From the NCBI GenBank assembly GCA_963793305.1, contig CAWBZV010000002.1, forward strand, positions 32,001 through 96,000: a DNA stretch of 64,000 nt, in the 5' to 3' direction. The notes beneath the pieces are model-generated. The model worked only from the letters and a program-made list of their open reading frames with translations. It ran no database searches and was not told where the DNA came from. Both the position numbers and the translations under genes were made by a program. This DNA comes from an uncultured Gemmatimonadales bacterium. GTDB lineage: Bacteria; Gemmatimonadota; Gemmatimonadetes; Gemmatimonadales; Gemmatimonadaceae. Shown one piece after another: positions 27,338-36,508 of the stretch. Numbering within the stretch: position 1 is the first letter of the stretch; the number at the start of each line of letters is the position of its first letter.

Positions 27338-29292
27338 CGCGGGAACGCTTCGGGAAGCCCCCCGTCGACCGTGATAATATCTCCGGTCGTATACCGAAAC
27401 CGCTCGCTCACCAAGAGCGCCGCGAGATCGGCCACCGTGTCCGCGGGGATCAGCGACACGCCCATCACGTTTCGCCGCCGGTACGTTTCTAACTGCTCCT
27501 CGACCGACACACCGCGCGACGTCGCTCGCTCCTGGACGAACTTCATGAACATGGGCGTCTCGATCTGATCGGCGTTGATGGCGTTCACGCGAATGCCATC
27601 GGCGCCGAGCTCCACGGCGGCCACACGCATGGCCTGTAAGAGCGCCGCCTTGCTGCCTCCGTATGCCACCGCATCCCGCCCTGGGGCCAAAGCGGCCTTT
27701 GAGACCGATCCCACAATCGCGCCGCCAAGTCCCTGTCGCTTCATGACGGCCGCCGCTTTGCCCATGGCCAGCACGGCGCCCATATAGTGGATGTCGAGCT
27801 GGCGTTGCAGGTCCTCGCGCCGGATGTCGGTCACGGCCGCGAAGCGGGGCGCTTGGCCGGCCGTATAGAACAACGAATCCAGCCCACCGAACTCGATGAC
27901 CGTACGGCGCACGAGCTCCGCCAGACTGGCATCGTCGCGCACGTCGACGCGAAGACCGAGCCCGCGCGACGGATGGCGCCCATTGATCTCGGCCGCGACG
28001 GTCTCGGCCGCCGTGCCATCGAGGTCCGCGGCGACGACATGAGCGCCCTCGTGAGCGAAGCGGAGCGCGGCGGCTCGCCCGATGCCGCTGCCAGCGCCGA
28101 TGATGATCGCGACGTGGCGCGCGAGTAAGAGCGCAGTGCGTTCCTTCGCGTCCTGCTCGTCGATCTTCCGGCGCTCCAGTGGCCAATGCTCGAACTCGAA
28201 CACGTTGGCGTCCGAGAGGAACGTGAATCGATCGATCGACTCGGCGTTCACGATCGCTTCGAGCGTCGCGCGATAACACAGATTCGCGGTCACGGCCGCA
28301 CGCTTGTCTCGTCCGGCGGTGATCATGCCAAGGCCCGGCGCAAGCACCACTTTCGCCCAATCGTCGAGCGGGCGCTCGCCGTGCGTCGCGTACTTCGCAT
28401 GATACGCTTCGTACGCTTCGCGTTGCTCGACGAGCTGCTCGCGCATGTCCTGCATGGGATCAATCCACAGTGGCACTCGCCCAGCGCGAAGAATGTGCTC
28501 CGGCGTCGCCATCCCGCGACGAACCACCTCGCGCAAACCCGGCATCGCCAGCGTCGACAGGACGTCCTCGGCTCCGTCGAAATGCAGGATCACGCGAGTC
28601 GTCGACCCCAACACGCCACGCACGACCGGGAGCGCGACCTCGACGGGAGGTGCGGAACGCGCCACCGGAGCGGCCTGCGCGCGGCGTTTGGTGGCGAGAT
28701 AGTCGTCGATGATCTTGATCGCGCGAACGAGCCGGTCATAACACTCGCGCGTGCTCTCGGCCCACACGACGAGACCGTGGTGCGCCAGCGTCATTCCGAT
28801 GGCGCGCTCGGGGATCTGGTCCACCATGCGACTCACGGCTCGCGCCAGCGGGAATCCGGGCCGCACGTACGGCACGTACACGATCTCCCCGTTGAAGAGA
28901 TCATTGACGAGCCGCTCGGCGACCGCGTCAGTCACGTTTGTCAGGCTCATGGTCGCGACGTCATGCGTATGCGCGATCACGCGATGCGGGAGCAGCGAGT
29001 GGAGCGGCGTTTCGACGCTCGGTGATGGTTGATCAGGCTGCAGCATGCAACCCGCCATGAACCGCATCATCTCGGCGTCGTCCATCGACTCCGCCGTGCG
29101 CAACGCGGCCAGCGCGGGCAACGACAGGCGGGTGAATCCCTTGCGGCCGATCGTGCGCAGATCGGTGCCGCTCCCTTTCACCAAGAGCTCGGATCCGATC
29201 TTGATCGATGTATTTCCACCACCGGGCTGAACGAGACGCGTATCTCGGCCCATGAGGTTGGAGAGCTCGACGAGCTGGTCCAATTCATCCAT
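27334..29292 (-). CDS. Bifunctional class II aldolase / short-chain dehydrogenase (rhamnulose-1-P aldolase-SDR type)
   Basis: GGGNTSIK, VKGSG, PSVETPLH and HTH, then GAGSGIG, YGGSK and GIRVNAIN. Start taken at ATG 29292. Confidence 0.88.
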   Translation of the reverse strand: MDELDQLVELSNLMGRDTRLVQPGGGNTSIKIGSELLVKGSGTDLRTIGRKGFTRLSLPALAALRTAESMDDAEMMRFMAGCMLQPDQPSPSVETPLHSLLPHRVIAHTHDVATMSLTNVTDAVAERLVNDLFNGEIVYVPYVRPGFPLARAVSRMVDQIPERAIGMTLAHHGLVVWAESTRECYDRLVRAIKIIDDYLATKRRAQAAPVARSAPPVEVALPVVRGVLGSTTRVILHFDGAEDVLSTLAMPGLREVVRRGMATPEHILRAGRVPLWIDPMQDMREQLVEQREAYEAYHAKYATHGERPLDDWAKVVLAPGLGMITAGRDKRAAVTANLCYRATLEAIVNAESIDRFTFLSDANVFEFEHWPLERRKIDEQDAKERTALLLARHVAIIIGAGSGIGRAAALRFAHEGAHVVAADLDGTAAETVAAEINGRHPSRGLGLRVDVRDDASLAELVRRTVIEFGGLDSLFYTAGQAPRFAAVTDIRREDLQRQLDIHYMGAVLAMGKAAAVMKRQGLGGAIVGSVSKAALAPGRDAVAYGGSKAALLQAMRVAAVELGADGIRVNAINADQIETPMFMKFVQERATSRGVSVEEQLETYRRRNVMGVSLIPADTVADLAALLVSERFRYTTGDIITVDGGLPEAFPR

Positions 29293-29382
29293 GTGGGAAA
29301 TGATACGGGGCCGTGGCAGCCGCGTCACGGCCGCGCAATCGGGACGGGCGAGGATCACGAGTCTCCTCACCCAAGGTGCCGT

Positions 29383-30942
29383 ATGGTCCGACATCACGCC
29401 GCATGGTTGGCTCTCGTGGTCGCCGTCGCCGCCGCCGGTTGCGATCGACCGAGCAATCCTGTCACGCCCCAGGCCGAGCTCACCGCCAATCGAATCGGTC
29501 AGCATGGATCGAATCACATCAAGCACGTGCTGCTCATTAGTGTCGACGGGTTTCACGCGGTCGACCTGCGCCGGTATGTCGCGGCGCACCCGACGTTGAC
29601 GCTGGCCAAACTCAGCCAGCACGGCGTGACATTCTTCGGCGGCACCACATCGAAACCGTCCGACTCGTGGCCGGGCATCCTGGCGATCACGACAGGCGGC
29701 TCGCCGAAAAGCACGGGCATCATCTACGAGGTCTCATACGATCACTCGCTGTCGCCACCGGGAGACGTGGCGTGCGACACGCTCGGCACGGTGGTCGACT
29801 ATAGCGAGTTCATCGACATCAACTCGAACCTGCTCAATGGTGGCGGCGGCATCAATCCGCTCAACCTGCCGCGCGACCCAAAGAACGGTTGCTCGCCGGT
29901 GTATCCGCACCAGCATCTGAAGGTCAACACGATCTTCGAAGTCGCGAAGACCGCGGGATTCCGCACGGCGTGGTCGGACAAGGATCTGAGCTACGAGGTC
30001 CTCAATGGACCGTCGGGTCATGGCATCGACGACGACTTCAATCCCGAGATCGCGGCGCCGCTGCCAAACGGTCAGACCCCGACGACGAACGTCGCCGACT
30101 GCGAGCAGTATGACAGCATCAAGGTGCAGGCGATCCTGAATGAGATCGATGGCCACGATCACGCGGGTGCCGGATCGTTCGGCGCGCCCGGGATCTTCGG
30201 CATGAACTTCCAGACCGTGAGTGTCGGGGAGAAGACCGCGGGCTACCTCGATGCCGCTGGCACGCCGACTCCCGGTCTCGCCGGTGCGCTCGACTGGGTC
30301 GATGGTGCACTTGGCAAGTTCGTCGCCGAGCTCGATAAAGACGGCCTTCTCAACTCGACCTTAATCGTCGTCTCGGCCAAGCACGGCCAGGCGCCAATCA
30401 ACCCCGCTCTGCGCAAGATCGTCGATGATGCGATCATCCCGAACGTGATCAACGCCGCCGAGCCGGGTGTTGTCGCGGCGACGACCGAGGACGATATCGG
30501 TCTCATCTGGCTGAATCGGCATACGCGTGCGGCGGTCGAAGGTGCGGTCGATGCGTTGCAGGCCAATAGTTCGACGATCGGCATCGATGACATCCTGTCC
30601 GGCGATCGGCTCGCTCACCAGTTCAATTCCGTAGCGAGAGACCCGCGCGCGCCCGACATCATCGTCGTGCCGAACCTGGGTGTGATCTACGCGTCGCCGA
30701 CGGCAACGAAGCTCGCCGAGCATGGCGGCTTCAGCCACGACGACACCAACGTGCCGATTCTCCTCTCGTGGAGCGGTGGCACCGGCGAGTCGTTCGACGA
30801 GCCGGTCGAGACCAAGCAGATCGCGCCGACCATCCTCGAAGCGCTCGGCCTCGACGGCGATCGCTTGGAGGCCGTCCGGCTCGAAGGCACGAGGGCGCTG
30901 CCTATCGACTTCGATACTCGCCCGGTGTTCGTCCGACAATAG
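29383..30942 (+). CDS. Alkaline phosphatase-superfamily (phosphodiesterase/NPP-like) lipoprotein
   Basis: Lipobox AAGC. Motifs HVLLISVDG, PSDSWPG, VSAKHG and EHGG..DDTNVP. Confidence 0.85.
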   Translation: MVRHHAAWLALVVAVAAAGCDRPSNPVTPQAELTANRIGQHGSNHIKHVLLISVDGFHAVDLRRYVAAHPTLTLAKLSQHGVTFFGGTTSKPSDSWPGILAITTGGSPKSTGIIYEVSYDHSLSPPGDVACDTLGTVVDYSEFIDINSNLLNGGGGINPLNLPRDPKNGCSPVYPHQHLKVNTIFEVAKTAGFRTAWSDKDLSYEVLNGPSGHGIDDDFNPEIAAPLPNGQTPTTNVADCEQYDSIKVQAILNEIDGHDHAGAGSFGAPGIFGMNFQTVSVGEKTAGYLDAAGTPTPGLAGALDWVDGALGKFVAELDKDGLLNSTLIVVSAKHGQAPINPALRKIVDDAIIPNVINAAEPGVVAATTEDDIGLIWLNRHTRAAVEGAVDALQANSSTIGIDDILSGDRLAHQFNSVARDPRAPDIIVVPNLGVIYASPTATKLAEHGGFSHDDTNVPILLSWSGGTGESFDEPVETKQIAPTILEALGLDGDRLEAVRLEGTRALPIDFDTRPVFVRQ

Positions 30943-31726
30943 CCTTGAAATCTTTAATGAAGTGGGCTTGGTCGAAGTAGCCGAGCTCGAATGCGAGTTG
31001 CGTCCAGTCGACCGTTTCGCCTTTCGCGAGACGGTCGACTGCTTCGTGGAGTCGGTGGCGATTGATGACCCATTTCGGGCTGACTCCGACATAGCGGGCG
31101 AACAGTCTCTGGAGCGATCGCACGCTGAGGCCAGTCCGTCTGGCAACTATTTCGACCCTCGTGATCGTCCGATCGGCCGCGATCTGTTCGACGATCTGTC
31201 CGATCCGCTCGGCCATCGCGTCACGCTGCGGGTTTTGCCCTCTCAAGAAGTCTTCGGCAACGGCGACCATGGCTCGCTCGCTTCGCTTTGCGAGCACACG
31301 CGGGGCGAGCGTCTCGCCGGTGGGGGCGAATATGTCACCGAGTGGCAGAATACGATTCGTCAGCCGTGAGACGGGAAATTTCACGAACGGGTAGAATCCG
31401 CCTGGGCGGAATTTGATGCCAAAGACTTTACCCTTACCCTCGATCACGCGCGTGAATCTGCCTTTGACAACCCCGTAGACGCCGGACAGGCGGGATTCGA
31501 GCGCGATGTGAACCGAGGGATGCGGCAGCGTCTCCTGCGTCTGGGCCTCGTGGCCCCGCAGGTCCCAGGTAATGATCCAATAGTGCCCGACAAAGGGCGC
31601 CAGGTCTGGAGAGGGGGCGAGGCGGACCAGAGAGCCGAGCTCCGACCGCCGCTCCGGGTAGAGAATTCCGCGCGGTCCAACGTCGTCGCGTTTTTCCAAT
31701 ACGCGCTCGGGTTGCGGCGCCATCAT
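30902..31726 (-). CDS. AraC-family regulator
   Basis: PSPDLAPFVGHYW, SVRSLQRLF..VGVSPK and GYFDQAHFIKDF motifs. Confidence 0.9.
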   Translation of the reverse strand: MMAPQPERVLEKRDDVGPRGILYPERRSELGSLVRLAPSPDLAPFVGHYWIITWDLRGHEAQTQETLPHPSVHIALESRLSGVYGVVKGRFTRVIEGKGKVFGIKFRPGGFYPFVKFPVSRLTNRILPLGDIFAPTGETLAPRVLAKRSERAMVAVAEDFLRGQNPQRDAMAERIGQIVEQIAADRTITRVEIVARRTGLSVRSLQRLFARYVGVSPKWVINRHRLHEAVDRLAKGETVDWTQLAFELGYFDQAHFIKDFKAIVGRTPGEYRSR

Positions 31727-31734
31727 ATGCTCAT

Positions 31735-32178
31735 ATGACGATACCACGATTTGTCGAGTCGTCGATCCATATCGACGCGCCGGCGTCCCGGGTCTGGAAG
31801 GTGTTGACCGACGCCGAGTACACGAGGCGCTACATGTTCGGCTGCGAGATCGTCAGCGACTGGTCGATCGGCGGGCGGTTCGACTGGAAGGGTGCGGCGG
31901 ACGGGGTGATCTACGTCAAGGGATTATTGCGGGACGCCGAGCCGAATCGATTGCTGAGCTACACGATGATCGATCCGAGCTCGGACCTCGAGGACGTGCC
32001 CGAGAATTATCTGACGATGACGTGCGAGTTGGTACCCGAAGGCGGGGGGACCAGGCTCGACATGAAGACCGGCGATTTCACGACGGTCGGTAACGGCGCG
32101 ATCCGGTACCAGCACACCGTGGCCGGTGGCGACGGACTGTGGATCCAGCTCAAGGAAGTTGCCGAAAGCGGCAACTGA
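31735..32178 (+). CDS. SRPBCC/AHSA1 domain protein
   Basis: IHIDAPASRVWKVLTD and EPNRLLSYT motifs. Confidence 0.85.
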   Translation: MTIPRFVESSIHIDAPASRVWKVLTDAEYTRRYMFGCEIVSDWSIGGRFDWKGAADGVIYVKGLLRDAEPNRLLSYTMIDPSSDLEDVPENYLTMTCELVPEGGGTRLDMKTGDFTTVGNGAIRYQHTVAGGDGLWIQLKEVAESGN

Positions 32179-32204
32179 CAACGCAGCTGGGAGTTAGCCG
32201 CGGA

Positions 32205-32411
32205 CTACTTCATCTTGACGAGAAGTAGCCCGGGATCGACACCGAGCGCGACGGAGAGTCGATCGAGCACCTTCGCCGAGAACATCGCGACGCGTCCGTT
32301 CTCGTAGCGGGAAATGGTTGTCACGGAGACGCGGCTTTCACTGGCGAGCTCCTGTTGCGTCCAGCGCCGCGCTTCGCGGAGCAACTTGACCCGGGTGGCG
32401 AGATAGGACAT
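32205..32411 (-). CDS. XRE-family HTH regulator, divergent from the cyc2 operon
   Basis: LREARRWTQQELA..VSVTTISRYENG..LSVALGV. Confidence 0.88.
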   Translation of the reverse strand: MSYLATRVKLLREARRWTQQELASESRVSVTTISRYENGRVAMFSAKVLDRLSVALGVDPGLLLVKMK

Positions 32412-32506
32412 GGGTGCATCCTGCGCTCCGTGCAGCGCCTGCCCAAGGGATCTGGGGTGAATGACACGCTGCGCGGGGTCAAAACTGGTGCCCGCGAAGC
32501 CAATGC

Positions 32507-32520
32507 TGCCAGTAGTGGCA
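32507..32520. promoter_or_regulatory. Operator-like palindrome, copy 1
   Basis: TGCCAGTAGTGGCA, 13 of 14 bases identical to 32681-32694. Confidence 0.6.
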
Positions 32521-32577
32521 ACACGCCGGAAGCGCTAATACATGGATGTGATATGTCGGCGCGTGCCCTTCGGGCTA

Positions 32578-32597
32578 CGCTAACTGCGCAGTTAGCG
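32578..32597. promoter_or_regulatory. Perfect 20-bp palindrome
   Basis: CGCTAACTGC|GCAGTTAGCG with no spacer. Confidence 0.5.
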
Positions 32598-32676
32598 AAC
32601 AGCCTGCTGTGTAATGGCTTGCGAGCCAACAATACCAAGTGACCCGTCGAGCGACCTCGGCCGTCTAAGCCATTTG

Positions 32677-32698
32677 CACTTGCCAATAGTGGCAAGTG
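32677..32698. promoter_or_regulatory. Operator-like palindrome, copy 2 (extended)
   Basis: CACTTGCCA-ATAG-TGGCAAGTG, about 70 bp upstream of the cyc2-like ATG. Confidence 0.65.
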
Positions 32699-32768
32699 TG
32701 ACTATCCATCCCGCCGCTTGCACAGCTGATCTGACCGTCCGGCTTCACACGCACCCGGAGGCATCAGG

Positions 32769-34176
32769 ATGCTTTTGACTACGGGGATCCTCGGCGCGAT
32801 CCTCACGGCCAATGTGGCCACGGGTACGACCGCGTTCCGCGCGTACACGGCCTCGCTGAACGCCAAGGCCCATGCGAGCAAGGTGATTCCCGCGTTTGCC
32901 CGCAAGTACGGCCTCCGATGTTCGGCCTGTCACACCGCGTGGCCCGAGCTCAATGCCTTCGGGCAGGCGTTCCGCGACAACGGCTACCAGCTCGGCAACG
33001 ATCGCGACTCGCCGATTTTCAAGGACGCGAGCTATTTGCCGATCGCGCTGCGCATCACGCCGCAGTGGCACGAGGAGAGCACGACGAATCAAACCGTCGA
33101 CGCCGTGCCGGGCGACTCGTCGGTCAAAGTCGCGCGTCGCCTCACCACGCACGGGTTCGACCTCTCGGGCATGGACTTCTGGACCGCCGGCACGCTGTAC
33201 AAGAACATTCTCGTTCGTCCTGCTCTTCTCATCCGACCCGTTCGCGTCGTTCCACTTCGAATCCGCGTTCATCCGGTTCGACAACCTCGCGAACAGTCCG
33301 TGGCTCAACGTGAAGTTCGGAAAGTTCGAGCTGGACAACTTGATCTCCGAAAAACGGTTCCTGTTCCTGTCCGCCAACGGCGGCGTCTACCAGAGCTACC
33401 ATTTCGTTCCCGTCGGCGACAACACCGGGTTCGGTATCGGCGACAACCAGCTGGGCGTCGAGCTCGCGGGCCACAGCAAGAACAGCTATACCCGGTACAG
33501 CGCCTCGCTGCTGTCGTCGGTCGACGGCACACCGGGCACGCCGACCGGCAATAGCTACGACGCATTTTTCGCGGTCAGCCAAGGGTTCCAAGCCGGCGCA
33601 CTCGGGGTCGAGCGCATCGGCGCCTACTGGTACCTCGGGCAGCAGTCCTCGTTGTACCGGACATTGGGCGGGGCGCCGATCGCGGGCAGCGGGGTCGACA
33701 ACAAGACCTTCTATCGCGCCGGCCTCTCCGGCGATCTCTACGCCGGTCCGATCGAGTTCATGCCGTTCTACATGCACGGGCGCGACGATCCGTACCTCGG
33801 CACGAGCACGCCGGGGAATCAGGCGCTGCCGACCGGTGCCATCGGTCCGCAGTGGAACGCCGAGTTTCTCGAGACGCACGAGTACATGAATTCGCGCTTT
33901 GTGCTGCTGCAGCGGGCCGAGTTCGTGCGAATGTCCCAACAGGCGCTGCCGGGCACGCCGAGCACGCTGGGTGACATTGACGCCTACTCGTTCGGCGGCC
34001 GGTGGATGCCGTTCATGTTCAGCCGCGCGGGACTCGCGTTCCACGCGGAGTACTCGCTCACCCGAACCGTCGGCAACGTCCCGATCAGCGCCGATGGCGT
34101 GGGGCTTCCGCCGCTCAATCCAACGGCGAGCGTCTGGAGCAGCAGCTTGCTGTTCGCCTTCGACTTCGCCTTCTGA
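32769..34176 (+). CDS. cyc2: Cyc2-like monoheme cytochrome c / outer-membrane beta-barrel fusion, 1-nt frameshift at 33208-33210
   Basis: IPAFARKYGLRCSACH..WPELNAFGQAFRDNGY. Removing one base from AACATTCTCG gives KNISFVLL and joins a barrel-like ORF (LNVKFGKFELD, amphipathic strands, terminal AFDFAF), about 468 aa in total. Confidence 0.8.
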
Positions 34177-34185
34177 GGAGCCGAC

Positions 34186-34992
34186 ATGAGACTCGTATAT
34201 ATCGGTCTGCTCGTCTCGGCGGTCGCCGCCACCAGCGCGACGCAGGCGCAACCGTCGATCCTCGGCGGTACGCGAGAAGATTTTCGGCGGTACTGCGCCG
34301 GATGCCACGGCAATGCCGGCGATGGCCAGGGCGAGAACGCGGACTGGATCGACCCCAAGCCCCGCGACTTCACGCTGGCCACGTTCAAGTGCCGGTCGAC
34401 GCCGAGCGGCACGCTGCCGACCGACGACGATCTGTACAACACCGTGCGGCGCGGGCTCGTGAACTCGAACATGCCGTCGTGGCGGCCGCTGGCCGACGAT
34501 CAGATCCACCAGCTCGTCGAGTACATCAAGACGTTCTCGCCGCGGTGGAAGACGGAGAAGCCGGGAACGCCGATCACGGTACCGCCCGAGATTCCGGTGA
34601 CCGCGGACGACATTCTCGCCGGGCGCGCGCTCTTCCAGAAAATGGAATGCTGGAAGTGCCACGGTCCCGAAGGGCGTGGGAATGGCCCATTGGCATTGAC
34701 GCTCACCGACAGCAAGGATCAGCCGATCAAGCCGTTCAACTTCGCGGCCAGCTCGCGGTTCAAGTGCGGCACGACGAATCACGATCTCTACAAGATCTTC
34801 CTGACCGGGCTCGATGGGACGCCCATGCCGTCGTTCGCCGACAACTTCCATGGCGACGATGCCTGGCACCTCGTGCATTTCCTGCGGACGCTGCAGCAGG
34901 CCGAGTCGCCCGAGAAGGTGGTGTGGGAGCAATGGACGAGCACGCACCAAGGACAGTTGAAGCCAATCGGACCCGATGGGGGCGGACAATGA
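34186..34992 (+). CDS. Periplasmic diheme cytochrome c
   Basis: GAGGAG RBS, signal peptide, CAGCH..PRDF..MPSW and CWKCH..PFNF..MPSF. Confidence 0.9.
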   Translation: MRLVYIGLLVSAVAATSATQAQPSILGGTREDFRRYCAGCHGNAGDGQGENADWIDPKPRDFTLATFKCRSTPSGTLPTDDDLYNTVRRGLVNSNMPSWRPLADDQIHQLVEYIKTFSPRWKTEKPGTPITVPPEIPVTADDILAGRALFQKMECWKCHGPEGRGNGPLALTLTDSKDQPIKPFNFAASSRFKCGTTNHDLYKIFLTGLDGTPMPSFADNFHGDDAWHLVHFLRTLQQAESPEKVVWEQWTSTHQGQLKPIGPDGGGQ

Positions 34993-35702
34993 CACGGACG
35001 ATCGCTGCACTTGGTGCAGTGCTTATCGGCACGACCGCGTGGGCGCCATCGGCGCCACGCGCCACGCTCGCAGGCTCAGTGACCGGGACGATCACGTTCA
35101 CCGGCACGCCGCCCAAAATGAAGCCGATCGACATGGCGAAGGAGCCTTCCTGCGCCAAGCAACATGCGACGCCAATCGAGACCGAGACGGTCGTCACGGG
35201 CCCGAACAACGCGCTGCAGTACGTCGTGGTCTACGTGTCGGCCGGCGATCAGGGATCAGAGACCCCGACGACGCCCGTGCATCTCGAGCAGAAGGGCTGC
35301 CAGTACATCCCGCACGTGGTCGTGCTGCACGCGGGCCAGTCGCTCGAAATCGCGAACGACGATCAGACCTCGCACAACATCGATCCGCTGCCGACGAAAA
35401 ACCCGGAGTGGAACAAGTCCCAGCCACCCGGATCGCCACCGATCGTCACCAAGTACGACAACCCGGACTTCATCCCGGTCAAGTGCAATGTCCATCCCTG
35501 GATGCACGGCTATCACATCGTGCTCGCCACGTCCCATTTCGGCGTCTCCGGCAATGACGGGACGTACACGATTACGGGACTTCCCCCGGGGAAGTACACG
35601 CTCACCGCGTGGCACGAGAAGTTCGGCACGATGACGCAGGACGTGACCGTGGGTGCACAACCAACCAAGGCCGACTTCCAGTTTAAAGCCACGCCGTACT
35701 GA
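34989..35702 (+). CDS. Periplasmic cupredoxin-like protein with a carboxypeptidase-regulatory-like domain
   Basis: ATGA overlap, signal peptide, LEQKGCQYIPHV, SHNI..KCNVHPWM (His, Cys-x2-His-x2-Met) and LPPGKYTLTAWHE. Confidence 0.8.
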   Translation: MTRTIAALGAVLIGTTAWAPSAPRATLAGSVTGTITFTGTPPKMKPIDMAKEPSCAKQHATPIETETVVTGPNNALQYVVVYVSAGDQGSETPTTPVHLEQKGCQYIPHVVVLHAGQSLEIANDDQTSHNIDPLPTKNPEWNKSQPPGSPPIVTKYDNPDFIPVKCNVHPWMHGYHIVLATSHFGVSGNDGTYTITGLPPGKYTLTAWHEKFGTMTQDVTVGAQPTKADFQFKATPY

Positions 35703-35704
35703 CC

Positions 35705-36508
35705 ATGGCCAAACTGTTCGCAGTCTTGGTCGCGGTCATCACGATCGTCTCGACGGGGATCTTCGTCGCGCGTACGTGGTGGCTCCCGCCCGACATCTCG
35801 GTGGTCGGCCCATTGATCGATAGTCAGTTGATGGAAACGATGGTCGCCGCGGGCGTGCTGTTCGTGGTCTCGCAGCTGTCGCTGGCGCTGTTCGTCTGGC
35901 GGGTCTCGGACGAGAAGAAGGAGCGGCCGCTCAGGCGATTTCCCGGTGGCGCGACGCCGTTGGTCGTCTTGGCGACGGCGCTGGTCGGCATCGAGGTCCT
36001 GACCCTGTCATTGGTGGGATCGAAGATCTGGTACAACACATTTCTTGCGCCCGCCCCCGCGAATGCGCTCAAGGTCGACGTTCAAGCAGGACAGTTCGCG
36101 TTCTATTTCCGGTATCCCGGGCCCGACGGCACGTTCGGCACGCCGCATCCGGACAAGATCGATGAGGGCGGGGGCAACTTCTTCGGGCTCGATCCGGCGA
36201 ATGACATCGACGCGCGAGATGACATCGTCACCGCGGAGCTCGCCGTTCCGGTCAATCGGCCGGTCCTGCTGACCATGCATGCCAAAAACGTCATTCATTC
36301 GTTCTACGTCCCCGAGCTGAGACTGCAGCAGGACTTCGTGCCGGGTCTCGTGATTCCGCTGCACTTCACGGCGACGCAGGTCGCGAAGACCGAAATCGTG
36401 TGCACGCAGCTGTGTGGGCTCGGGCACTATAACATGAAGACCTACCTCGAGGTCATGTCGCAAGCCGACTTCGACAAGTGGCTCAAGGACCAGGCGGCAG
36501 CGCAATGA
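35705..36508 (+). CDS. coxB: Cytochrome c oxidase subunit II
   Basis: Two TM helices, QFAFYFRY, and CuA ligands VIHSF..CTQLCGLGHYNM. Confidence 0.93.
   Translation: MAKLFAVLVAVITIVSTGIFVARTWWLPPDISVVGPLIDSQLMETMVAAGVLFVVSQLSLALFVWRVSDEKKERPLRRFPGGATPLVVLATALVGIEVLTLSLVGSKIWYNTFLAPAPANALKVDVQAGQFAFYFRYPGPDGTFGTPHPDKIDEGGGNFFGLDPANDIDARDDIVTAELAVPVNRPVLLTMHAKNVIHSFYVPELRLQQDFVPGLVIPLHFTATQVAKTEIVCTQLCGLGHYNMKTYLEVMSQADFDKWLKDQAAAQ

Noticed and set aside
32205..32411. XRE gene as a prophage repressor or antitoxin
   Set aside because: No phage genes or toxin partner are adjacent.
33200..33215. Programmed frameshift producing short (heme-only) and long Cyc2 forms
   Set aside because: No slippery run or stimulatory structure, and the same type of 1-nt insertion occurs in three unrelated genes.
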